A stretch of DNA of 24,000 bases from positions 296,716 to 320,715 of the forward strand of contig CALJEN010000005.1 in assembly GCA_938073905.1 (NCBI GenBank), read 5' to 3'. This DNA comes from an uncultured Sulfolobales archaeon. GTDB taxonomy: Archaea > Thermoproteota > Thermoprotei_A > Sulfolobales > NBVN01. Position 1 is the first letter of the stretch. Each line of letters starts with the position of its first letter. The notes under the pieces are model-generated. The model was not told the DNA's origin and ran no database searches. It saw only the letters and a list, made by a program, of their open reading frames with translations. Shown piece by piece: positions 1 through 7,666 of the stretch. Made by a program: the position numbers and the translations under genes.

Positions 1-560
1 TCCATATATGTCATGGCTCTGAACGCTTCCTCCAACCGGGCGCTCACATCCTTCAGGGAGGCGTCGAGATCGTCTATGAAGTCCACGGCCTCCGATATGC
101 CTATCTCAGCGAGCTCTCGAGAGACTGTGCCCAGGTTCTTCTTGAGAGAGTCTACCTGCTTTTCTAAGAAGGTCTTGTCTCGGTTGATTGCTCTAATCCT
201 CTCGGGCAGCGCACTAAAACCAGTGAGGTTTCCATGGTGAGAGCGCACGCAGACGAACCCCATAGCGCTCAGGAGGGGGTTTTTGAGCCTCCTTGCCGCG
301 AGCCAGGACGCGATGATGGAGGAGAGGTGGGAGTGCTTGTGGAGCTCTCCCTCCGCTTTTCCGTACTTCAAATAATCTTGGAAGTAGGTCGTATACTTAG
401 CCACATCGTGGCTCTTGCCGACGAGCTCGGCTAGCTCGGCTATCTTCGGGTCTCTCTCCTCGACTACCTTTAGGACGTACTCCTTGCTGAGCTCCCCTAC
501 TCCCCTGAGGTGGTCCTTCAGCAGTACCCATTTATGCGAGTAAAACTCGCTGAACGTCAC
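1..560 (-). CDS. cas3: Cas3 HD-nuclease domain, N-terminal part; the ORF continues past the left window edge
   Basis: Manual minus-strand translation from GTG at 560..558 gives VTFSEFYSHKWVLLKDHLRGV...LVGKSHDVAKYTTYFQDYL...HKHSHLSS...VRSHHGNL. This is the H / HD / H / HH motif series of Cas3 HD phosphohydrolases. The frame stays open to position 1. The GTG overlaps the cas5 stop (557-559) as GTGA. It is absent from the ORF track only because it has no in-window stop. Confidence 0.8.
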   Translation of the reverse strand, partial: MTFSEFYSHKWVLLKDHLRGVGELSKEYVLKVVEERDPKIAELAELVGKSHDVAKYTTYFQDYLKYGKAEGELHKHSHLSSIIASWLAARRLKNPLLSAMGFVCVRSHHGNLTGFSALPERIRAINRDKTFLEKQVDSLKKNLGTVSRELAEIGISEAVDFIDDLDASLKDVSARLEEAFRAMTYM

Positions 561-1297
561 ATGAAAACTCCCACGACTTTTCCTCCATCAACAGCGCACT
601 CGAACACTTCGCCGTCTATCAAGACCTTCAGGGGCCTCCCTCTACCCTCGTATACGTAGGTTTCTAGCCTCTTCGGCTTTCGATTTTCGTCGAACTCCGC
701 GGGCACCGATTCCTCTCTGAATATCTCTCGGTCCTCCTGGGGGTATATCTTTTTAACCATCGAGAGGGGTATCACCGTGCTCACCTCGACTTCACCGTCG
801 GGTCTGTAGAGCTTAGCGTCCACGTAATCTACGAACTCCACCTCCGCTAGATTGTTGGCAGTGCCGAGAGACGGGGGATAGGCGAACTTATGCCTCCTCG
901 CTCTATCCGTGAGCTCCTCTAACAGTCTCCCATCCACGTGGTTGAAGAAGATTCTGTACACCAGCTGCTCGAGCCGGCTTTCTCCCGAGAGGAGCGTGTC
1001 GACGCGTATGATGGCACGTACCTCCATCCCCCGGAGCTTCTTCAGCGTGAGCGGCCTGTCCGTCATCAAGTAGTTCAGGGTGTTTGTAGAGCGCCTCACC
1101 GGCGACCTGATCTGCAGAGCTATCCTGCTTCTGTCTGACGAGAAGAGAGAATAGTAAGAGTCCCTGCCGTAACCGAGCATAGCTGCTATCATTCCAGCAA
1201 TCGTAGTCCTCGGCGGAAACGCGTAACTGAGGGAGCTCGTCGTGGAGTAGTGCTTCCTGAAGTGTCCAAAAAAGCCTTTAACGTCAAAGATCAGCAA
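557..1297 (-). CDS. cas5: Cas5 (RAMP) subunit of a type I Cascade-like complex
   Basis: The N-terminus MLIFDVKGFFGHFRKHYSTTSSLSYAFPPRTTIAGMIAAMLG matches the Cas5 signature (FR...sY..Pp.sti.G.i.a.lG). TTG start. It lies between cas7 and cas3. Confidence 0.85.
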   Translation of the reverse strand: MLIFDVKGFFGHFRKHYSTTSSLSYAFPPRTTIAGMIAAMLGYGRDSYYSLFSSDRSRIALQIRSPVRRSTNTLNYLMTDRPLTLKKLRGMEVRAIIRVDTLLSGESRLEQLVYRIFFNHVDGRLLEELTDRARRHKFAYPPSLGTANNLAEVEFVDYVDAKLYRPDGEVEVSTVIPLSMVKKIYPQEDREIFREESVPAEFDENRKPKRLETYVYEGRGRPLKVLIDGEVFECAVDGGKVVGVFM

Positions 1298-1305
1298 TCT
1301 TGCAC

Positions 1306-2319
1306 TCAGATCAGGCCCCCCCTCCTCTCGAATGGCCCGATTATGGCAGCCCTAATCTCCTCCTCTCTTAGTTCGTGCGGGAGCAGTCCTACAAGCTGCG
1401 CGCCGAGCCCCTTTTTGATCGACTCTACCAGGTACTCCAGCTCTTTGCTCGTTCTGACGTATACTCTGGATATGAGGTCCTTGTTGCTCTTCAGGTGGTC
1501 CAATAGCTTGTCGAACTTTATGTCCAAGTCCTTGAAGTCTCTTATCGCCTTGCCCTCTTTCGGGTTGACCTCGACGAACTTGCGCAGATCTCCGAGGACC
1601 GTGTCGGCGTCCCTATACTCGACCCTGAGGTAGAGGTGCGGCATCTCGCCGATCTTGCTCCGCGTCGTCGGCTGAACCTGGAGGGCCGTCCACATGAAGT
1701 TGTCGAATATCTTGAGGTCCGTCTCCGTCATCCCCGTCACCCTCGCCCTCCTGCCGCTCACGACCCCGTAGAACGCTATCAGCGAGTAGTATACACGCCA
1801 GTCCTTGCCCATCGTGCCGTACCTCTCCGCGAGCTCCCTGCCTGCGAACACCGAGGTTATCGTCGAAGACTCCACAAGCTCAACTTCATGGAGGGAGAAC
1901 CCCCACGTGAACTGCACTGGACCCACGAGCGATACAGACTCGCCCCTCTCCTCACCGCCAATCGGTAGAACGGCTCCGAAGAGACGCGCATCTATCAGCT
2001 GCCTAAGCACCTCGAGGGCTCGCGTAACTCTCTCTTCCTTACTCTTGAAGCCTACGCCGAGCTTCTTCGCCAGCTCCTCGAATCTTTTGTCAGCTCTAAC
2101 GCTTACGCCGCCGAGCTTCGTCACGTAGACGTAGTCCTCGCCGTACCTCTCGACGAGGTAGTCTCTGAAGAACCTCTTCAGCCTGACGTCCGAGACCAGG
2201 TTTATGTTAGTCTTCGGATCTATCCTCGGCCTGTTCTCCGCGTCCGGGTCGCCGTTGGGATTGCACATCTTTGCCTCGTAGATGAGCAGGATTTCGCTGT
2301 TGGGAAGACCCTCTTTCAA
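1306..2319 (-). CDS. cas7: Cas7 backbone subunit, Csh2/Csd2-like (type I-B/I-C class)
   Basis: The motif EILLIYEAKMCNPNGDPDAENRPRIDPKTNINLVSDVRLKRFFRDY is the NPNGDP...vsDV.lKR hallmark of Csh2/Csd2-type Cas7. The TTG start overlaps the cas8 stop as TTGA. Confidence 0.85.
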   Translation of the reverse strand: MKEGLPNSEILLIYEAKMCNPNGDPDAENRPRIDPKTNINLVSDVRLKRFFRDYLVERYGEDYVYVTKLGGVSVRADKRFEELAKKLGVGFKSKEERVTRALEVLRQLIDARLFGAVLPIGGEERGESVSLVGPVQFTWGFSLHEVELVESSTITSVFAGRELAERYGTMGKDWRVYYSLIAFYGVVSGRRARVTGMTETDLKIFDNFMWTALQVQPTTRSKIGEMPHLYLRVEYRDADTVLGDLRKFVEVNPKEGKAIRDFKDLDIKFDKLLDHLKSNKDLISRVYVRTSKELEYLVESIKKGLGAQLVGLLPHELREEEIRAAIIGPFERRGGLI

Positions 2320-4238
2320 CTCCTCTCACCCCGCTCACTCTGCTGCGAAGCGCGCCCGCGTGTAATGTGTCGGAGGGTTATATAGGCGTAGCCGGAAAGT
2401 ATGTAGAACACGTTGTCCACCGGATCGCCGGGCACCTTAAGGCTCTCGTCGAGCAACCTCTTCATGTTAGCGTATATAGCTTCGGTGTATCTGTCGAGTA
2501 TTCTGTAGTTCCTCAGACCCTCGAGCACGTAGTTAGCGAGCATCTTCACTCTCTCGTCCGACATTCCATCAAAGTTTATCTTGTTGAGCACCGACTTCTT
2601 CTCATCGCCCTTATTGTACTGCTCTATCCCTATTCTACCGACAAGGACTCCCAGCAGGAAGAGCGCCGTCTGGCGCTTTGTGTACCCCATCACGGAGACG
2701 AAGTGCTCGATGTCTTCGGGAAGTCCCGACCCTGAGAGATCCGGCTTCTCGCCTCTCTCCGGCTCTATAATGCCCATCTGCTCTCCCAACCTCAACAGCA
2801 CGCTGTACTTTAAAATGTTCCTACATAGACCCGCTTCTCCGTCCTTCGGCGGCCTTACGCTGTACCCTTCGTACGTACCGTATCTGATTATCCTTGCGAA
2901 GAGGACGGCCTTGGAGACGACGGTCTTCCTTGGATACTTGGTGCCCATGATCATGGAATTGTATAGCTCGACCAGAGGCTTCCACTCCACTGCCTGTCCC
3001 CTTACGGTTCTCAAGGGGAACATGTTGTAGATGTCCTCGAAACCGATCGACCATCTTTCAGCAGACTCGTGGAAGATGTCAGCGACCTCGCTTGAAACGT
3101 TGCTGAGAGTGTCGGCCAGCTCGACCAGTCTCATTATGGGGACGTCCTGTATGTAGTACTGGTAAGCGAAATCCGAGCGTCCCGGAGACCCGAAAACTAT
3201 GTCCAGGAAGTAGAGACCTCCTGCTTTCCTTGCAAGGTCGTCTAAGAGGATCTTCAGGACGTCTTCCGCTTTCCTTAAGTTCTCCAGGGTCTTGACAGCG
3301 TCGAACACGCTCCCCACCTCCTTTTTGACCTTGTCTAGAGTGCGGTAAGAGAGCTCGAGCCCTACGACCCTGGGTATCAAGTAGACCGTAAGTTTACCGA
3401 TCTTCGAACTCAGGTTTCTCTCGACATAATTGTAGCCGAGGACAACTTTCTTCTTGCAGTCCGGGCACACCGCGTGCGCCCTGAGCAAGTTCTCGGGCTC
3501 CTCGCTCAGATTGGGCATGAAGCCGGCCTTATCGGTGTTATAGATCTTTAGTAGCGTCCCCTCCGGGTAGGCTGGATCCGCCAGTACGAGCCCCTCCCTG
3601 CCACAAACGTGACATCTCCCCGTCCTTCTGAGACCAGACTCATAGTCCCTCTTCTCCCTCCTCTTGGAACCGGACTCGTACAGCACGTGACGGAGGAACT
3701 CCCTGTAGCCCGGTAGCCTGGTTAGGTCGACTACCTCCCCCCTCCGCCTTACGGATACCGTGTAGAGAACCAATTGCTGAGGATCGCACCCCCTCCTACG
3801 GAGAAGCTCCTCGAACTCCTGGAGCAACGATTCTCTCTTACTGAAGAACTTCTCACTAATTTTAGCGAGGAGGTCGTAGAGTTCTCTAATGTGCGGCCTT
3901 CTGTGAAGCTCCTTTCTCTCTATCTCCTCCACTATCGCCCCGATGGCCCATTTGTGGGGCGTGAACCTCTCTAGTAGGTACTCCCGTCTATCGGTAGTGA
4001 GCATCAGTTGAGGCTTATTCCCTCTAGCGTTTCCAACCCAGAGGAATTCCCTGGCCCTCTCCTCGTCGCATCTGATGAGGCAGTCGCAATCCAGCTCCCC
4101 GGCATCGATGTCGAAGATGATCTTGGCGAGCAGGGGCTCCTCTACATCCTCTTCTTTAGGAACCCTCCTAATAGGGAACTCTACCTCGCCCTCGCGGCTG
4201 GTCAGAACTTCGCCGATCTCCTTTAGAGCTTCGAGCAT
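2316..4238 (-). CDS. cas8b: Cas8b-like large subunit (Csh1/TM1802-type)
   Basis: A 640-aa protein in the large-subunit position directly upstream of cas7-cas5. It has paired CxxC motifs (CHVCGREG ... CPDCKKK), as in TM1802/Cas8b-type large subunits. A GAGGTGG Shine-Dalgarno-like element lies 5 nt upstream of the ATG. The subtype call rests on synteny and motifs only. Confidence 0.65.
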   Translation of the reverse strand: MLEALKEIGEVLTSREGEVEFPIRRVPKEEDVEEPLLAKIIFDIDAGELDCDCLIRCDEERAREFLWVGNARGNKPQLMLTTDRREYLLERFTPHKWAIGAIVEEIERKELHRRPHIRELYDLLAKISEKFFSKRESLLQEFEELLRRRGCDPQQLVLYTVSVRRRGEVVDLTRLPGYREFLRHVLYESGSKRREKRDYESGLRRTGRCHVCGREGLVLADPAYPEGTLLKIYNTDKAGFMPNLSEEPENLLRAHAVCPDCKKKVVLGYNYVERNLSSKIGKLTVYLIPRVVGLELSYRTLDKVKKEVGSVFDAVKTLENLRKAEDVLKILLDDLARKAGGLYFLDIVFGSPGRSDFAYQYYIQDVPIMRLVELADTLSNVSSEVADIFHESAERWSIGFEDIYNMFPLRTVRGQAVEWKPLVELYNSMIMGTKYPRKTVVSKAVLFARIIRYGTYEGYSVRPPKDGEAGLCRNILKYSVLLRLGEQMGIIEPERGEKPDLSGSGLPEDIEHFVSVMGYTKRQTALFLLGVLVGRIGIEQYNKGDEKKSVLNKINFDGMSDERVKMLANYVLEGLRNYRILDRYTEAIYANMKRLLDESLKVPGDPVDNVFYILSGYAYITLRHITRGRASQQSERGERS

Positions 4239-4286
4239 AACGCCACCTCGAGACGTCCTTGCCGCTATTTATTTGCCAGCCACTTT

Positions 4287-5024
4287 TTAAGTGCGCTGCA
4301 CCACCTCCAGCATGCCGAAGCCCTGGGAGTTCTTCGCTCCCAGGCCGGCTTCGTAGACCGTCAGTATGAGGGACTTGGGGCCCCTCAGGACGAAGCTGCC
4401 CGTCCAGCCCCTCACTATCGTGCCCTTGTAGGACACGAAGACCTCCCTCACTTTCAGGGGCTCCACCTCGATGTCCGACTTGATGCTCCTGCCGGTGAGG
4501 ACGTAGTGCTTCTTCTTAGCGTTGGAGCTCGCGAGCTTCGAGAACTCCCTCTCGTACGGCGAGTAGTAGTAGGTCTTCCTCCTCCCGTCTGGGGTGTAGA
4601 GGGTGCTGTACACTGTGACCGGGGACAGGGTGCGCACCTCCACCTCGCTCCCGATCGGCGGCGTAGGGGGGAAGGAAACCCCGACAACGTCCAGCCTGTT
4701 CCCGATGACGAGGTAGCCTCTCCTCAGGATGGTGCCCGCGAGCTCCTCGACGAGCCTCTCTACCGGGGACGAGACGTAGAGAGTCACGTCGCCCTCGTAG
4801 ACGAGCCGCCCGGCCCCCCTGTCGAGCGCGAAGCGCCCCAGGAGCCTCGAGAACGTGAACATCTTGAACCTCCTCTTGCCGTAGGGGAAGCCCCTGTCGT
4901 GCAGGAAGGACGAGAGGCTCTCCGAGAGGCTGTTGTATATTGCCGCCTGGACTAGGTGGTTGTAGCTCACGGGGACGACGGCTCTGCCTCCCTCGGGGCT
5001 CCTCAGTGTTATCCGCATCCTCAA
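4287..5024 (-). CDS. cas6: Cas6 pre-crRNA endoribonuclease
   Basis: 245 aa with a C-terminal glycine-rich loop GLGAKNSQGFGMLEV typical of Cas6. It is adjacent and divergent to the CRISPR array. The track start at 5024 is TTG, and ATG at 5018 is an alternative start. Confidence 0.85.
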   Translation of the reverse strand: MRMRITLRSPEGGRAVVPVSYNHLVQAAIYNSLSESLSSFLHDRGFPYGKRRFKMFTFSRLLGRFALDRGAGRLVYEGDVTLYVSSPVERLVEELAGTILRRGYLVIGNRLDVVGVSFPPTPPIGSEVEVRTLSPVTVYSTLYTPDGRRKTYYYSPYEREFSKLASSNAKKKHYVLTGRSIKSDIEVEPLKVREVFVSYKGTIVRGWTGSFVLRGPKSLILTVYEAGLGAKNSQGFGMLEVVQRT

Positions 5025-5058
5025 GAGCTCGCAGCCTCCGTGGGGAAACCCGCATCGC

Positions 5059-5066
5059 TATATTAA
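5059..5066 (-). promoter_or_regulatory. Candidate TATA box for cas6
   Basis: The minus strand reads TTAATATA. This is about 40 nt upstream of the ATG at 5018, predicting a short 5' UTR. Confidence 0.4.
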
Positions 5067-5151
5067 GCGCTGCGGTCCCCGGCTGGAGTCCTTCCGCCGT
5101 CTTCAGTCGATCCCTGGGAGGGGGGTGGGCGATCGGGGGTCGACTGGAGGG

Positions 5152-5159
5152 TTTATAAG
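5152..5159 (+). promoter_or_regulatory. Candidate TATA box driving the CRISPR array (leader promoter)
   Basis: TTTATAAG begins 32 nt upstream of the first repeat nucleotide (5184). The same spacing between TATA and the mature RNA start is seen at two other RNA promoters in this window (20013->20043 and 14387->14419). Confidence 0.5.
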
Positions 5160-5183
5160 CTCTGGCAAGGAGCTCTCCCGGGG

Positions 5184-5536
5184 GTCGCTAGAGTACCTAC
5201 AAGGGTTTGAAACCACTAACCCCAGGATACCCCCGATAGCCTCGGGTCGTCGCTAGAGTACCTACAAGGGTTTGAAACAAGCCGATAGTCAGGACTCTCG
5301 CGGAGCTGATGGCGGGTCGCTAGAGTACCTACAAGGGTTTGAAACGGTTAAGGGGCGGCTAGGGGTTAGGGAGGAAAAAGCTGGTCGCTAGAGTACCTAC
5401 AAGGGTTTGAAACCGTCCTCCCCCGAGGAGGGGGCAGGTAATACCTGGCGTCGCTAGAGTACCTACAAGGGTTTGAAACATGCCGGTTTAAGGCTATAAA
5501 ATGGAAGGTCGCTAGAGTACCTACAAGGGTTTAAAC
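5184..5536 (+). CRISPR. CRISPR array with 6 repeats and 5 spacers; 30-nt repeat GTCGCTAGAGTACCTACAAGGGTTTGAAAC
   Basis: Identical 30-nt repeats lie at 5184-5213, 5249-5278, 5316-5345, 5384-5413 and 5450-5479. A degenerate 29-nt terminal repeat at 5508-5536 reads GGGTTTAAAC, with one G deleted. Spacers are 35, 37, 38, 36 and 28 nt. The plus orientation is inferred from three points: the repeat 3' end TTTGAAAC resembles the ATTGAAA(C/G) 8-nt handle, the degenerate repeat is at the far end, and the only non-coding flank (5025-5183) is on the left. Confidence 0.97.
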
Positions 5537-5785
5537 GGTGGAGGCCTCCCTCTTCCTCAGCAGGGCCTCGTAGTGCGCCTCCTCGAACCTCACCTCGACC
5601 ACCTCGTATCCGCTCCTGGAGGCGACCATCCTCAGGACGCCCACCGGCATGTCCTCCCTCCTGGCCACGACCACCAGCTCGGCGTCCTCGCCCCTGTTCA
5701 GGACGTTCAGGAACCTCACCATCGGGTGGTCCGTGCAGGACGTGGAGCCGGGCCTGAGGTCAAGAACCCTGGTCACCGCTCCCAC
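5531..5785 (-). CDS. TusA/SirA-fold sulfur-carrier-like protein with an atypical active-site motif
   Basis: 84 aa. VLDLRPGSTSCTDHPMVRFLNVLNRGEDAELVVVARREDMPVGVLRMVASRSGYEVVEV aligns by eye to TusA (LDaLGLrCPePvmmvrktvrnm.pGe.LlviaDdp....di..f....gh.lv). CTDHP replaces the CPxP motif. The GTG start lies 26 nt inside the iscU 3' end. Confidence 0.5.
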   Translation of the reverse strand: MGAVTRVLDLRPGSTSCTDHPMVRFLNVLNRGEDAELVVVARREDMPVGVLRMVASRSGYEVVEVRFEEAHYEALLRKREASTV

Positions 5786-6308
5786 CCCTCGGGAACGCTA
5801 CCGTGATCCTGAAGCCGCGGCCGGAGTACAGCATCTCGATCATCTTCTCCTCCTCCAGGGTCTGCCTCTCCTCGATTGTGAGGGACTCGGGGAGCCAGTC
5901 GGGCCTCCTGCCCACCCTCCCGTAGTACGACCTTATCGCCCTCTTGAGGGCCCCTACGGCCAGTATGCTGCAGTGGTACTTTATCGGCGGGAGACCGCCA
6001 AGCTCGTCGGCCAGCTCCCTCCACGAGACCGCCCAGGCCTCCCTCATGCTCTTCCCGGTCACGACCTCGGTCAGTATGCTGGCGGCCGCTATGTTCGCGG
6101 CGCACCCGTAGCTCTCGAAGGTCGCTCTCTCGATGAACTCCTCCCCGTTTCTCTCGGAGACCTTCAGGTAGAGCCTTATCATGTCTCCGCAGGCGGGGCT
6201 CCCGGCCGACTCGACCACGTCCGCGTCCTCCATGGGACCGGCGTTCTTCGGGTTCCTGAAGAGCTCCAGGACTCTCGGCGTGTAGGGAAGCGGTATCCGC
6301 GTGCTCAC
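5760..6308 (-). CDS. iscU: IscU/NifU-like Fe-S cluster scaffold with a ~50-aa C-terminal extension
   Basis: The three scaffold cysteines are in canonical context: GSPACGD, YGCAANIA and KYHCS. It sits directly downstream of the cysteine desulfurase. Confidence 0.85.
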   Translation of the reverse strand: MSTRIPLPYTPRVLELFRNPKNAGPMEDADVVESAGSPACGDMIRLYLKVSERNGEEFIERATFESYGCAANIAAASILTEVVTGKSMREAWAVSWRELADELGGLPPIKYHCSILAVGALKRAIRSYYGRVGRRPDWLPESLTIEERQTLEEEKMIEMLYSGRGFRITVAFPRGGSGDQGS

Positions 6309-6358
6309 CCTCCTCCCCGAGACCTATGCCCTGACTGGGTAATATACCTTTAACGCGG

Positions 6359-7636
6359 TTATAGTGGGGAGCCGGGCCTCGCGGCGCTTATGCTCCTCAG
6401 CCTCGCGACGGCCTTCGGGAAGACCTCCAGCGCGTACTCCACGTCCTCGACCGCGTGGTACCTGGAGGTCTTGAGGAGCACGCTGCCGTGGGCCTCCTCG
6501 TGTTTCCTGCCTATTGCCAGGAGCACGTGGCTCGGCTCGAGGATCCTCGAGGTGCACGCGCTCCCGCTGGCGACGTAGACCCCGTGGAGGCTTAGCTCCA
6601 CCGTGAGGGCCTCTCCCTCTACGTAGAGAAAGCTGAGGTTGGCGTTGTCTGGAGCCCTCCTGCCGAAGTCCGAGGGCCCGTTCAGCAGGACGTCGGGCAC
6701 CCTCTCCACCAGACCGCGGACTAGGGCGTCCCTCAGTCCCCTCATCCTCGACACGTGCTCCTCGAACCCGTCGAAGGCTAGCTCGACGGCCTTCCTGAAC
6801 CCGGCTATCAGCGGGACGTTCTCGACCCCGGGCCACAGCCTCTCCGAGCTCAGCTGGCCCCTGAGCACGGGCTCCAGCTCGACCCCCTCCCTCACGAAGA
6901 GGACTCCCACGCCCCTCGGTCCGTGCACCTTGTGGCTGCTGATCGTGAGCATGTCGACCCCCTCGAGCCTCCGGAGGTCTAGGGGCATCCTCCCGAAGGC
7001 GTCCGCCGCGTCCGTGTGGAACACGGCCGAGGGGTTGACCTCCTTTACTATCCTCGAGAGCTCGCGGACGTCCTGGACCGTCCCGATCTCGTGGTTCACG
7101 GTCTGGACGCTGACGAGCGAGGTCTCCCTGTCGACGAGCTCCTGGAGGACTCCCGGGTCTACGAAGCCCTCGCCGTCCACTGGGATCCTGACGACCCTGA
7201 ACCCGAAGAGCTTCTCGGCCAGCTCGGCCGGCTGGATGACGCTGAGGTGCTCTATCGCGGAGACCAGGATCTTGCCCCTCCTCTCCCTGCGGGCAAGAGC
7301 GTGTCCGAGGATTGCCAGGTTGTTCGCCTCGGTGCCGCTGTGGACTATGGTGAACTCCCCCAGGCCGCCCGCACCGAGGACTCTCGAGAGGAGCTCCTTG
7401 GTCTCGTGTATGACCTCGTAGGCCTCCCACCCGGGTCTGTGGGTGATCGAGGGGTGTCCGTAGCCCACCGAGTTGAAGTAGGGAACCATGGCCTCCACGA
7501 CCTCCCTCGGGACGTAGCCGGAGTTCTCGAGGTCGAAGTACACCTCCCTGGGAGGCCTCCCGTGGGCCTCGAGCAGCTCTCTGACCGACACTCCCTCCAC
7601 CGGCTCTCCGAGCCCGCGCGACGTAATAAACCGCAC
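6359..7636 (-). CDS. iscS: Cysteine desulfurase (class V aminotransferase, IscS/NifS-like)
   Basis: The PLP-lysine motif SSHKVHGPRGVGVL and the active-site cysteine loop SGSACTS are both present. VYFDLENSGYVPREVVEAM corresponds to the iYlD..aTt N-terminal motif. GTG start, with possible later GTG starts. Confidence 0.9.
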   Translation of the reverse strand: MRFITSRGLGEPVEGVSVRELLEAHGRPPREVYFDLENSGYVPREVVEAMVPYFNSVGYGHPSITHRPGWEAYEVIHETKELLSRVLGAGGLGEFTIVHSGTEANNLAILGHALARRERRGKILVSAIEHLSVIQPAELAEKLFGFRVVRIPVDGEGFVDPGVLQELVDRETSLVSVQTVNHEIGTVQDVRELSRIVKEVNPSAVFHTDAADAFGRMPLDLRRLEGVDMLTISSHKVHGPRGVGVLFVREGVELEPVLRGQLSSERLWPGVENVPLIAGFRKAVELAFDGFEEHVSRMRGLRDALVRGLVERVPDVLLNGPSDFGRRAPDNANLSFLYVEGEALTVELSLHGVYVASGSACTSRILEPSHVLLAIGRKHEEAHGSVLLKTSRYHAVEDVEYALEVFPKAVARLRSISAARPGSPL

Positions 7637-7666
7637 CGAGCGGCCCCCGGCTCCGCCGGCCCCCGG

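Noticed and set aside
4454-5055. Overlapping ORFs within or antisense to cas6 (4454-4687, 4506-4955, 4516-5055)
   Set aside because: These are Arg/Pro-rich shadow frames of the cas6 coding region. cas6 itself has the diagnostic G-rich loop.
5214-5507. Possible self-targeting spacers (matches to the rest of the window)
   Set aside because: By eye none of the five spacers recurs elsewhere in the 24 kb. A proper search against the full genome and virus or plasmid databases is needed before saying anything.
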